From NCBI GenBank assembly GCA_964356795.1, contig CAYHIK010000002.1:26600-90599 (forward strand): a DNA stretch of 64,000 nt. Reading direction: 5' to 3'. This DNA is from an uncultured Candidatus Saccharibacteria bacterium (lineage in GTDB: Bacteria; Patescibacteriota; Minisyncoccia; 2-02-FULL-40-12; GWA2-44-9). The notes under the pieces are model-generated. The model saw nothing but the letters and a program-made list of their open reading frames with translations, ran no database searches and was not told where the DNA came from. This document shows, one piece after another, positions 41,215 to 50,847 of the stretch. How positions within the stretch are numbered: the first letter of the stretch is position 1; each line of letters begins with the position of its first letter. Both the position numbers and the translations under genes were made by a program.

Positions 41215-42129
41215 ATGCACGACGTCATCCGCTCTCTTGGCGCTCAGATGAATGAAGGCATCGCACTCACGACGCCCATGCCGACAGCTCCCTCACGCAT
41301 CATCTGCTGTGGCATGGGCGGCTCGAGCACCGCGGGAGAGTTGCTCTCGCTTGTTCGCGCAAATGTGATAGTACATTGGGATTGGAATCTCCCCGAGATG
41401 GCGACAAAGGACGACCTCATCATCTGCACATCCTGGTCAGGTGCCACGCATGAGACGCTCTCTTCATACGACGCAGCCCGTGCGCTCGGAGCACAGCTCG
41501 CCGTCATCGCAACCGGCGGAGAACTCGCTGAACGCGCGCGACGCGATGGTGTGCCACTCACCCTCATCCCCACGAATCCAAATCCTCCGCGATTCAACGT
41601 AGGCCTCATGGTTGGCGCACTCTTTTCATTCGCCGGAATGGCCCAGCAGTTGCGCGACTGCACGATTCGCGACTCCGAATCAGAAGGACGCGCGCTCGCC
41701 TCAGCAATCGGCTCGGCAACTCCCGTATTCTATACATCATACCCATTGCGCAAAATTGCTGGCTTCTTCAAGACGCTCATCAATGAAAACGCAAAACGCC
41801 ACGCATGGTCGGGTAGCTTCCCCTCCATCGCACACAATGAGGTTATGGGGTGGAGCACGCGTTCACATGAATACATTCCCTGCGTACTTCGCGGGACCCC
41901 TGAGCGCGACACCGACACGCGAGATATCGAGGCGTATATTGCGCTGATGCGTGAAATGGGATATACTGTTCCTATCATCGGTTTATCGGGCGCCAGCACT
42001 CTCGAACAGGCGCTCAATGCATACGCTACGGCTCTCTGGGCTAGTTGGTATGTTGCCTCAGACGCAGGAATTGATGTACGAGGCACACCATTGATTGATG
42101 CTTTGAAACAACTCAAGGGACAGGTGTAA
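41215..42129 (+). CDS. Bifunctional phosphoglucose/phosphomannose isomerase (SIS domain)
   Basis: CGMGGS, SWSG.T.ET, PR, INENAK and HNEV motifs. Confidence 0.85.
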   Translation: MHDVIRSLGAQMNEGIALTTPMPTAPSRIICCGMGGSSTAGELLSLVRANVIVHWDWNLPEMATKDDLIICTSWSGATHETLSSYDAARALGAQLAVIATGGELAERARRDGVPLTLIPTNPNPPRFNVGLMVGALFSFAGMAQQLRDCTIRDSESEGRALASAIGSATPVFYTSYPLRKIAGFFKTLINENAKRHAWSGSFPSIAHNEVMGWSTRSHEYIPCVLRGTPERDTDTRDIEAYIALMREMGYTVPIIGLSGASTLEQALNAYATALWASWYVASDAGIDVRGTPLIDALKQLKGQV

Positions 42130-42143
42130 CTTATCTGACCTTT

Positions 42144-42227
42144 GCTCGGGTGGCGAAATCGGCAGACGCGCTACGTTCAGAGCGTAGTGGGAGCAATCCC
42201 GTGGAGGTTCAAATCCTCTCCCGAGCA
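42144..42227 (+). tRNA. tRNA-Leu(CAG)
   Basis: GCTCGGG/CCCGAGC acceptor stem, CTACG-TTCAGAG-CGTAG anticodon arm, variable arm, GGTTCAAATCC. Confidence 0.96.
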
Positions 42228-42349
42228 CACATAGCAATCGGCGCACAAACTCCAGTAGTACGCCCATTACTTGTACTAATCATCTAACGCAATTACTCAT
42301 CAACGCGATGTACGCCTCAGGCGAAATCGGGTACGCATGAGTCATCAGT

Positions 42350-44452
42350 TTGGCAGGAATGACACCGAAAGACACCGTAGAAGAACATTCAGGTTTTGGT
42401 CCCGGTCTTGAACCGGCACCAACGCCACAAGCTCCGACAGCAACACTCGCGACGGCCCCACAGAAAAAGGAGCCGCTTCCTCAGCGCGCGTACCATGCAG
42501 GCGGATCCGACACCCCACACCGAGGTCGCAATCGACGTCCTATGCGCTACCATGGGCACCAAGTATCTCGCGGGGCACCTACAGCGCCCGCAGGAGCTTC
42601 TACCACAGCCGAGTCCACAAAACCCGCCGAGACTACCGAAGAAGCATCGGGAATGAAGAAGCGCTCCGGTCGCCGCGACCGCCGCATGAGCATGCCTCGT
42701 AAGAAGCTTCCCAGCCAGCGACAACTCCAGCCAACCCAGCTCCACGCTGGCCGCATGGGCGCGCCAAAAGAGCTCGGCGAAACCGCAGGCGACGACACGC
42801 TAAAAGTTGCCGCACTCGGAGGATTGGGCGAAATCGGAAAGAACTGCTACATGCTCGAGTACAAGGATGACATTCTCATCATCGATGCAGGCATCAAGTT
42901 CCCCGACGAGACGATGCCCGGCATCGACTTTATCATCCCCAACACTGGCTACCTCGATGGAAAACTTGACCGCATTCGCGGACTCATCCTCACGCACGGA
43001 CACATGGACCACGTAGGTGCGGTTCCCTATCTCCAGCAGAAACTCGGCAACCCAGATATCTACACCGCAGAGCTCACCAAGAATCTCGTGCTCAAGCGCC
43101 ACAGCGAGTTCCCGCAACTCCCCAAGCTTCCGATTCACGTCGTCAAAGACGGCGACCGCGTCAAAATGGGCGACTTCTTCACCGTGGAATTCTTCCACAT
43201 GAACCACAACATCCCCGATGACTTGGGGACGTTCATTGAGACGCCCGTTGGAAACTTTATTCACACCGCAGACTTCAAATTCGACGCAACGCCTATCAAC
43301 GATAAGCCCGTAGACCTCTTGAAGCTCAAAGCGTTTGGCGATAAAGGCGTACTCGCGTTGATGGTTGACTCCACCGACGCAGAGCGACCCGGACACTCGG
43401 TCTCTGAGCAAACCATCTATGAGAATATGGATATCATATTCAAGGATGCGACCGGCATGCTCATCATCGGAACGTTTAGCTCGATGATTAACCGCATGCA
43501 GCAAATCGTTCAGCTCTCTGAGAAATACGGGCGCAAAGTCATCTTCGATGGCTACTCACTCAAGAGCAATGTTGAGATTGCCAAAGAGATGGGCTACATC
43601 AAAATGCAAAAGGGCACACAAATCTCGATGGAACAACTTCGCGACTACCCCCGCGAACGCGTTACCGTGGTCGCCACCGGCGCCATGGGACAAGAAGGCG
43701 CGTCCCTCATGCGCATCGTCAACGCCGAACATCGCCACATTCAAATCCAGCAGAAAGATACAGTTATCTTCTCGAGCTCAGTCATTCCTGGCAACGAACG
43801 CTCCGTGCAGTACTTGAAAGACATGCTCTACCGCGCGGGTGTGAAGGTGTTCCACTATCAAATGATGGACATTCATGCAGGAGGTCACGCTCGACAAGAG
43901 GACCTCAAAGAAATCATGCTTCTGACACGTCCAAAATTCCTCATCCCGCACCATGGGCAATACAGTATGATGGTGTCCAATGGCGAACTCGGTAAACAAG
44001 TCGGCATTGAGGAGGGAAATATCATCATCGCCGACAATGGCCAGATTATCCACCTCACCCCCGACACGTGGTGGTTCGACAAGAAAGTCGCACCGTCAAA
44101 TCTCATCATGGTTGATGGTCTCGGTATCGGCGATATCGGAAACGTCGTCCTTCGCGATCGCCAAGCGCTTGCTGAAGACGGCATGTTCACCATCGTCATC
44201 ATCGTTGATCCAAAGTCTGGTCGGATGCGCACAAGTCCCGATATTATCTCTCGCGGATTCATCTATCTGAAGGAGCAAAAAGATCTCCTCATGCAGGTAC
44301 GCAAGCGCGTTCGCGCGATTGTGGAGGGCGAGAAAGCGCGCCCACTCAACTTGGCATACCTCAAAGACGAAGTGCGCGACCAAATCGGTCAATTCCTCTT
44401 CCAAAAGACGGAACGCCGCCCGATGGTGCTTCCCGTTATCATCGAGGTGTAG
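42350..44452 (+). CDS. rnj: Ribonuclease J with a long disordered N-terminal extension
   Basis: LGGLGEIGKN, THGHMDHVG, SSVIPGNE, HAGGH and RRPMVLPVIIEV; exact start uncertain. Confidence 0.95.
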   Translation: MAGMTPKDTVEEHSGFGPGLEPAPTPQAPTATLATAPQKKEPLPQRAYHAGGSDTPHRGRNRRPMRYHGHQVSRGAPTAPAGASTTAESTKPAETTEEASGMKKRSGRRDRRMSMPRKKLPSQRQLQPTQLHAGRMGAPKELGETAGDDTLKVAALGGLGEIGKNCYMLEYKDDILIIDAGIKFPDETMPGIDFIIPNTGYLDGKLDRIRGLILTHGHMDHVGAVPYLQQKLGNPDIYTAELTKNLVLKRHSEFPQLPKLPIHVVKDGDRVKMGDFFTVEFFHMNHNIPDDLGTFIETPVGNFIHTADFKFDATPINDKPVDLLKLKAFGDKGVLALMVDSTDAERPGHSVSEQTIYENMDIIFKDATGMLIIGTFSSMINRMQQIVQLSEKYGRKVIFDGYSLKSNVEIAKEMGYIKMQKGTQISMEQLRDYPRERVTVVATGAMGQEGASLMRIVNAEHRHIQIQQKDTVIFSSSVIPGNERSVQYLKDMLYRAGVKVFHYQMMDIHAGGHARQEDLKEIMLLTRPKFLIPHHGQYSMMVSNGELGKQVGIEEGNIIIADNGQIIHLTPDTWWFDKKVAPSNLIMVDGLGIGDIGNVVLRDRQALAEDGMFTIVIIVDPKSGRMRTSPDIISRGFIYLKEQKDLLMQVRKRVRAIVEGEKARPLNLAYLKDEVRDQIGQFLFQKTERRPMVLPVIIEV

Positions 44453-44477
44453 CGCCCCCAACATTCCCGAGCCCACA

Positions 44478-44589
44478 CCGAAGTGGAGATACCCTTGTTC
44501 GGGTACGACGTCGCCCCCTTACTGGGGGCGCGTCTCGTTCTCGCGCCGTCGCGCTCCGAAAGCCCCTTACAAAGGTACCTCCACTTCGG
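44478..44589 (+). repeat. Structured ~110-nt intergenic element, copy 1
   Basis: Core matches the reverse complement of 52488-52593; nested stems. Confidence 0.88.
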
Positions 44590-44648
44590 CTTTGGCCGTA
44601 TCTTTGACAGAATAGCTTTATCGTTGTATTATAATATCAGGAGGTAGT

Positions 44649-44975
44649 ATGGCCCATCACAAGCACTCTGGCCCTGACCTCGAGCGTGCTGGCATCTTGA
44701 GGTTTTCATGCGACGCCTGTTGCATCCTCTTCCCGATGCGGTGCGCAACACACAAGGATCTCGAGATAAGAGAACGTCCCGCCGTCCTGGCGCGACGAGC
44801 AATCCGTACAGAGCGAGTGCTCCGCCCGCTTCCTGTGGGTCCAGCGCCAGACATCCCCGAGTCGTTCAGCACACCGCTACTCCGATGCCCCGCCCCCTAT
44901 GAAGTCGTTGTACTGGAAATCAGAGCGTGGCTGAAGGAAATCGAAACCATGGAGCGCAGCGAAGCTCGCGACTAA
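44649..44975 (+). CDS. Hypothetical Cys-containing protein
   Basis: TTGACA (44604) plus TATTAT/TATAAT promoter, AGGAGG RBS, downstream terminator. Confidence 0.65.
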   Translation: MAHHKHSGPDLERAGILRFSCDACCILFPMRCATHKDLEIRERPAVLARRAIRTERVLRPLPVGPAPDIPESFSTPLLRCPAPYEVVVLEIRAWLKEIETMERSEARD

Positions 44976-45052
44976 CGCACCGAAGCCCGACGTTCATACG
45001 CCGGGCTTTCTTTTTTGCCTTCGCGGCCTGCTTGTACTATGATGCTCCTACT

Positions 45053-46057
45053 ATGGCAAAGATATTTTCGGGCATGCGCCCTTCGGGAAAGCTCCATCTC
45101 GGCAACTATTTAGGTGCCATCAAGAACTGGATTGAGCTCCAGAACGACCCCGCCACAACCCAGTGCATATTCTCGGCAGTCGACCTTCACGGCATCACCA
45201 CGCCGTATGATCCTGCGACCTACCAGCAGAATGTGAAAGACGTGCTTCTCGACTACCTCGCCGCAGGTGTTGACCCTGCCAAGTCTCTCATTGTTCGCCA
45301 ATCACGTATCCCCCAACACGCAGAATTGATGTGGCTCTTCTCCACCATCTCTCCCGTGAGCTGGCTCGAACGACTCCCCAACTGGAGAGAAAAAGTATCC
45401 CAAGTCGATGCGATGGGTGATCGCGGCGCGAGTTATCAGAACAACCTCTCCCTGCTCTCGTATCCCGTCCTCATGGCCGCCGACATCTTGCTCTACAAAT
45501 CAGATCTCGTACCCGTAGGCGAAGATCAACTCCCCCACGTTGAACTCACCAATGAAATCGGCGCAAAGTTCAATCACCTCTTTGGGGGCACATTCCCAAA
45601 TGTAAAAGGCCACATCGCAACGGGTGCCCGAATTATGTCGCTCCAAGACCCTCTGAAGAAGATGAGCAAGACGGGCGATGACGGCATCGCGCTTTCCGAT
45701 GACGCCGATACTATTCGTGGCAAGATTAAACGCGCCGTCACTGATTCAGAATCAGAAGTTCGATTTGATGAAAACGCAAAACCCGCAATTTCAAATCTCC
45801 TCACCATCTACGCCACGCTCTCGGGTAAACCGATCCCCACCATTGAGCAAGAATATACTGGCAAAAATTACGGCCAATTCAAAACGGACCTCGCGGAAGT
45901 CGTTGTAAACTTCCTCACGCCATTCCAACAGCGTCGCACGGAGCTCGTTGCTGATGCGGGTGCTTTTGAGCGTCTCTTGACGGAGTCAGAAGAAAAAGCC
46001 AGAATCTTGGCCAGTTCTCACCTAGAAGAAATCCAAGCCCACATGGGCATCCGGTAG
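45053..46057 (+). CDS. trpS: Tryptophan--tRNA ligase
   Basis: SGMRPSGKLHLGNYLG, YPVLMAADIL, VPVGEDQ and KMSKT motifs. Confidence 0.97.
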   Translation: MAKIFSGMRPSGKLHLGNYLGAIKNWIELQNDPATTQCIFSAVDLHGITTPYDPATYQQNVKDVLLDYLAAGVDPAKSLIVRQSRIPQHAELMWLFSTISPVSWLERLPNWREKVSQVDAMGDRGASYQNNLSLLSYPVLMAADILLYKSDLVPVGEDQLPHVELTNEIGAKFNHLFGGTFPNVKGHIATGARIMSLQDPLKKMSKTGDDGIALSDDADTIRGKIKRAVTDSESEVRFDENAKPAISNLLTIYATLSGKPIPTIEQEYTGKNYGQFKTDLAEVVVNFLTPFQQRRTELVADAGAFERLLTESEEKARILASSHLEEIQAHMGIR

Positions 46058-46065
46058 GAGGAGTT

Positions 46066-46275
46066 ATGATTTGGGTTCGACTCGAGGGCGGAGACTGCTC
46101 GACGCAGCTCCGCCAAGCACTGTTGAGTGAAATCGAGCACCGTTCGGCCCTTCAGGGTAAACAGCTCGATTCGCTCCGCATTCTATCGGTTGCCATCGAG
46201 TACGAGGCGCGCAACAGCGGCGAATCTCCGGTATTCATCCAGAAGCCGCTCCGTTCGCTTGATGGCGGCTGTTAG
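46066..46275 (+). CDS. Hypothetical protein
   Basis: AGGAGGAG RBS immediately after trpS. Confidence 0.55.
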   Translation: MIWVRLEGGDCSTQLRQALLSEIEHRSALQGKQLDSLRILSVAIEYEARNSGESPVFIQKPLRSLDGGC

Positions 46276-46282
46276 GAGCATC

Positions 46283-46636
46283 ATGGCCTGCGACACAAGG
46301 TACGAAGCATTCGACGCACTCGCTCGGCGTAAGTTCAGAGACATGCTCCGTGCATGGCTCCGACAGGCGCCACGGCGTGTCGAAGGAATGGTTGGTGATG
46401 GACATCGCATCTACATCCGCTGGCACGCGTGCGAAGAGCGTGAGCGTACCACCGGAGTTGCAGTGCTCAAAACTCGAAGCGATCACGACGACGTGAGCAA
46501 ACCACTCAAGCGACTCAATAACCTGAAGAATCGCATCATCCACGCCGATGGGTGTAACGGATACTTCTTATTCGCATTCTATCGACGCCCGACCGCCAGT
46601 CGCCGTCACGTTGAGCTCCCCATCGAACTCCTCTGA
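46283..46636 (+). CDS. Hypothetical basic protein
   Basis: AGGAG RBS before ATG 46283; terminator near 46650-46687. Confidence 0.6.
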   Translation: MACDTRYEAFDALARRKFRDMLRAWLRQAPRRVEGMVGDGHRIYIRWHACEERERTTGVAVLKTRSDHDDVSKPLKRLNNLKNRIIHADGCNGYFLFAFYRRPTASRRHVELPIELL

Positions 46637-46745
46637 CTCGATATCACCACGACCTCTGCGACCACCCGGTCAATGAGGTCTTTTCTTTCGGTCGAACTTT
46701 GTATAAGACGAAGTTCGACCGGCCTCAGGCGCAGTCCTTTAGGAC

Positions 46746-47960
46746 TTAGCGCCGTAGGGTTACCATAACTTCAGAAATTTTTAAATCAAGTAATTGCTTC
46801 GATATCGCCTCTACTATAACTCTCACCACAGGCTCTGTGTTTGAGGGTCGTATATTGAGCCACCAATCGGGATACTCGATAGAGAGGCCGTCAATCTGAC
46901 TCTGTACCCCGTCGTGATACTTCATGCGCACCATCTCCATCATTGCTCGAGCGTGCTTATGGTCGCGCATGGGAGTTGAAATCTCATCACTCCGCACGTA
47001 TTCGCGATACGGCGCCACCAGCTGAGATAACGCGTGCCCGCTTTTGCGCATGAGCATGTACACGCGAAGGAGTGTGAGTTCGGGGCACTCCATCATCCCA
47101 AATTCGCGCCAATAATAATGGCCACTCAACTCGCCTCCGAACACAGCACCGCGCTCACGCATAGCGGAAGTAATATATCTCCGCCCAACGCGTGAAACCG
47201 CGTACGCCATGCCACGCGCATCAAGCCGGCTCCGTACCGTTTTCGAAAATCGCACATCAAATACCAGCGGGTGGAGCTGAAGCTGTTCAGCGAGAAGTAA
47301 GAAGATAAAATCTGCAGGAATCTGTACGCCGTGCTCAAAAAAATCGATACGGTCCCCATCGGAATCACAGCGCACAGCAAAGTCCGTATCTGGTGCAATG
47401 GGGCCAAGCCGCTCAAGCACTCGTCGCACCGTATCGGGTGCGTCGAGTGACAGCATGAGCTCACTTCCGCCTCGCCAGTGCGCGGCATACGCAACCGCAT
47501 CTGCATATCCTCGCAGGATATCCATCCTCGAAATCGATCCCGTCATCCGATGCGTGCCCTGATGAGAATCGAACATCTGGCGCACCACATCCCCTCCAAT
47601 CACTTCGAGCATATCCCCGTGACGGGCGATAGTTTTGAATCCATTATCTGCAAGGGAGTTGTGAGATGCGGTCACCATCACTCCGGCAGCCGCCCCCTGC
47701 GAGCGAATCGCCCAATAGCATTGCGGGCTCGACACAACTCCAATATCAATAACCTGCGCCCCTGCGTGCATCGCACCATCAATCACTGCGTGAGCAATCT
47801 CTCCGCTCGAGTCGCGCATATCGCGACCGACAACAAGCGGCCCCTGCGCGTGATGCGCCGCAAATCGCATACCAAATCGCTGGGCCATTTCCGCATCAAA
47901 ATCTACGCCATAGCGTCCCCGCACATCATACGCCCGAAATATTTCTGGATTACAAAGCAT
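46746..47960 (-). CDS. Phosphomannomutase/phosphoglucomutase (compact)
   Basis: FRAYDVRG, TASHN, DSDGDR, GGELSGH and RPSNTEP motifs. Confidence 0.92.
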   Translation of the reverse strand: MLCNPEIFRAYDVRGRYGVDFDAEMAQRFGMRFAAHHAQGPLVVGRDMRDSSGEIAHAVIDGAMHAGAQVIDIGVVSSPQCYWAIRSQGAAAGVMVTASHNSLADNGFKTIARHGDMLEVIGGDVVRQMFDSHQGTHRMTGSISRMDILRGYADAVAYAAHWRGGSELMLSLDAPDTVRRVLERLGPIAPDTDFAVRCDSDGDRIDFFEHGVQIPADFIFLLLAEQLQLHPLVFDVRFSKTVRSRLDARGMAYAVSRVGRRYITSAMRERGAVFGGELSGHYYWREFGMMECPELTLLRVYMLMRKSGHALSQLVAPYREYVRSDEISTPMRDHKHARAMMEMVRMKYHDGVQSQIDGLSIEYPDWWLNIRPSNTEPVVRVIVEAISKQLLDLKISEVMVTLRR

Positions 47961-47998
47961 ACACTCAACGTATAACCACACCATCAGTATACCAAAAA

Positions 47999-48036
47999 CA
48001 AAAAGGTGCCCCGTGCGCTTTCGCACACGGGGCACC
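47999..48036 (-). terminator. Intrinsic terminator hairpin
   Basis: GGTGCCCCGTGC-GAAA-GCGCACGGGGCACC followed by a T run on the minus strand. Confidence 0.8.
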
Positions 48037-48099
48037 GAACGGGGCCAAAGGACTAAGGTTCAGAGGTCAAACGGGACCAAAGGAACCGAGGTCAAGGAC

Positions 48100-48678
48100 C
48101 TAACTTGCGCGCACCAGAGCCGGGTTGTTGGAGTTGAAGTCGTTGCCCAACCAGCCGCCGTACCAGCCCCACGCACTGCCGTCCCGGTACAGGCACCGAA
48201 CGTACAGGTCGCCGTCGGAGTGGCGGTAGATGGTGCCCCAGAAAAACACGTACTTGCCCTTCCAGTCCTCAGGGATGAGGTGCTGGTTTTCGGGCTTCAG
48301 CAGGTAGTCCAGGACGTTGGCGGTGAAAACGGGCTTGGACTTGAGCTCACGGCGGAGGTCGTTGCCCACGATACGCTTGTCGCCCATCTGCCCCTTCGAG
48401 AGGTAGAGGGAAGCCTTGGTGGGATCCCAGATGACCACGCCGTCCTTGCGGTGCTCCTCCACTCGCCAGCCGTTGGGCAGGAAGGGGTCGGCATCGCAGT
48501 CGATGGCGTGGGCGACCTGCTTGATCTCGGAGAGACCCCGCAGGTACGCGAGGATCTCGCGAGCCTTGTCCTCGCTGTGGGCGAGAGCTGCGAAGTCCTT
48601 GGGTTCCCATCCCGCCTTCGTAGTGGTGATGGCGAGTTCGTGGGCCAGGCCCACGCTGACATCAGACGGAGTAGCCAT
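48100..48678 (-). CDS. Hypothetical protein with a DGR variable-region-like C-terminus
   Basis: Ends RHSDGDLYVRCLYRDGSAWGWYGGWLGNDFNSNNPALVRAS; GC-rich; own promoter and AGGAG RBS. Confidence 0.7.
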   Translation of the reverse strand: MATPSDVSVGLAHELAITTTKAGWEPKDFAALAHSEDKAREILAYLRGLSEIKQVAHAIDCDADPFLPNGWRVEEHRKDGVVIWDPTKASLYLSKGQMGDKRIVGNDLRRELKSKPVFTANVLDYLLKPENQHLIPEDWKGKYVFFWGTIYRHSDGDLYVRCLYRDGSAWGWYGGWLGNDFNSNNPALVRAS

Positions 48679-48827
48679 AGCTACGCATCTCCTGTTTGGT
48701 GACACATCCCTTGCGGGACACATCGGTTGGACAGCTTTTCAACGTACTCTTAAATTATAGCACATATAAAACAAAAAGGCAAGACTAAAAACTGGCTTAT
48801 TTTATATGTTTTTGTTAGCATACCTCC

Positions 48828-49913
48828 ATGTCACTCTCCATCGGCATCGTAGGACTTCCGAACGTCGGCAAGTCGACGCTCTTCAAAGCCGTCACCAACA
48901 AACAAATAGATATCCAAAACTACCCCTTCACCACTATTGAGCCAAACGTGGGGATTGTTGAGGTTCCCGATGAGCGCGTTGACGCGCTTTCCGAGCTCTC
49001 CAAGTCAGCGAAGAAGCTCTACGCCACTATTGAATTCACCGACATCGCCGGACTCGTGAAGGGTGCGAGCCAAGGGGAAGGTTTGGGAAATAAATTCCTT
49101 GCCAACATCCGCGAAGTCGATGCTATCGCGCAAGTGGTTCGCGCGTTTGAATCGGGCGATATTATTCACGTGCACGAACACGTAGACCCCGTGCGCGATA
49201 TCGGCATCATCAACGCCGAGCTCATCATTGCCGACCTCGACACCGTCTCCAAGCGTCTCGCCACTACCGAAGCGAAAGCAAGAAACGACAAAGTCGCCCG
49301 CGATCAAATCCCCCATCTGCAGAAGATTGCCGAGGCACTTCAACGCGGCTCGCTCTTGAGTCAGATAGAACTTTCCAGCGATGAGCAGGCGCTCGCCAAA
49401 GAATTGAGCCTTCTCACTGCCAAGAAATTTATTTACGTCATCAACGTTTCTGATACTCAACTTGCCGAAGACTGGAAACCATCCGCCGAATTACTCACCG
49501 CCATGAATGGCTCCGAATATGTGGCGATGTGCAACAAGCTCGAGCTCGAACTTTCCGAAGTATCTCATGATGAAAAAGCGAAGTTTCTCTCCGAGCTTGG
49601 ACTTCCCGAGAGTGGCCTTGATCGGCTCATCCGAGAGGCGTATCACACGCTCGGGCTCGTATCATTCCTCACCACGGGACCCGATGAAACGCGCGCATGG
49701 ACTGCACATATCGGCGATCTCATCCCCAAAGCATCGCGCGCAATTCACACTGATTTTGAGCGACTCTTCATTCGCGCTGAAGTCATCAATTGGAAAGATC
49801 TCCTCGAGTGCGGTGGCTACGGCGTCGCGCGATCCAAAGGACTCCTCCACACCGTTGGTAAAGATTATGTCATCCGCGACGGTGATGTCGTCGAAATTCT
49901 GATTGGGAAATAG
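48828..49913 (+). CDS. ychF: Redox-regulated ATPase YchF
   Basis: [41 protein letters not shown] and IHTDFE motifs. Confidence 0.97.
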   Translation: MSLSIGIVGLPNVGKSTLFKAVTNKQIDIQNYPFTTIEPNVGIVEVPDERVDALSELSKSAKKLYATIEFTDIAGLVKGASQGEGLGNKFLANIREVDAIAQVVRAFESGDIIHVHEHVDPVRDIGIINAELIIADLDTVSKRLATTEAKARNDKVARDQIPHLQKIAEALQRGSLLSQIELSSDEQALAKELSLLTAKKFIYVINVSDTQLAEDWKPSAELLTAMNGSEYVAMCNKLELELSEVSHDEKAKFLSELGLPESGLDRLIREAYHTLGLVSFLTTGPDETRAWTAHIGDLIPKASRAIHTDFERLFIRAEVINWKDLLECGGYGVARSKGLLHTVGKDYVIRDGDVVEILIGK

Positions 49914-49974
49914 ACAAAATTAAAACGGGGACCGAAGTCCCCGTTGCGGCCGAGATGGCCGCGGTACTGCACTG

Positions 49975-50187
49975 CTACTTGGCGGTGGGCTTGGGCAGGT
50001 AGCGCTGGCCCTTGACCCCGGCGCCCCGCGTGCCGGTGACGCGCTTGCCGTTGCTGGCGAGCACCGGGTGCCCGCCCTTGTACACCACCGGCTCGCCGGC
50101 GGCGACCGAGAGCTTCTTGGTCATGCGCTTGCGCGCGGCCATCACGCGACGGCCCTCGGCGGTCATCGGACGGGTCGTGCTCTTCAT
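49975..50187 (-). CDS. 70-aa basic hypothetical protein
   Basis: GC-rich ORF MKSTTRPMTAEGRR...; TTGACA promoter and GAGG RBS upstream. Confidence 0.7.
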   Translation of the reverse strand: MKSTTRPMTAEGRRVMAARKRMTKKLSVAAGEPVVYKGGHPVLASNGKRVTGTRGAGVKGQRYLPKPTAK

Positions 50188-50377
50188 TTCTTCTGCCTCT
50201 TTCTGGCCCCTAGGGCCTGAAACGAACTGTCTTAAGTTAATATTAGCATATATGGGAATAAATGTCAATAGGGTCAATAGTTGACTTTTTCCCGCATCAT
50301 TGCTATATTTTACGGGTATAAACCATGCCCCATTGGGGCAATATCCTTGTTTCCGAAAGGAATCGGGATGAATCCAC

Positions 50378-50836
50378 ATGGCAGAATCTAGAAACTACGA
50401 GTTCGCCTACCACGTGACCGCTGAATTAGACGAGGCCCGCATACCTCAAATTCAGCAGGAAGTGGAGGCACTCATTCAGAAGAGCGGAGGTATTATCACC
50501 TTCGCACAACAGCCGGAACGCCGGAAGTTGTCGTATGAAATTAAGCACCAGCGACAGAGCTTTTTCGCGTGGGTACAGTTCACCACCGAGAACACTGAGC
50601 TCATCGCGGAGCTCGATGAGTGGGCACGCTTGCACCCCGAGGTGCTTCGCCACATCGTCTTGAAGCTCGAGCCAGAGTCAGATAAGCGTGCAGCGAAGCA
50701 GGCTGAGCATTTGGAGCGCAAAGCTGCAAAGGCCGCCAAAGAAGGCGCCGCAGTGAAGAAAGTTGCTACGGAAAAGAAAGCAGAAGATACCGGCAAGCTC
50801 GAACAGCAGATTGAGGACGTGATTGGAAACCTCTAA
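50378..50836 (+). CDS. rpsF: 30S ribosomal protein S6
   Basis: NYE, RRKLSYEIK and EVLRHIV motifs; rpsF-ssb-rpsR synteny. Confidence 0.92.
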   Translation: MAESRNYEFAYHVTAELDEARIPQIQQEVEALIQKSGGIITFAQQPERRKLSYEIKHQRQSFFAWVQFTTENTELIAELDEWARLHPEVLRHIVLKLEPESDKRAAKQAEHLERKAAKAAKEGAAVKKVATEKKAEDTGKLEQQIEDVIGNL

Positions 50837-50847
50837 TCCACCCACCC

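Noticed and set aside
48040-48099. Mini-CRISPR from short repeats
   Set aside because: There are only about two degenerate units with no unique spacers of regular length.
48100-48678. Complete DGR locus in this window
   Set aside because: I found no reverse transcriptase, accessory gene or template repeat here. Only a target-like gene is supported.
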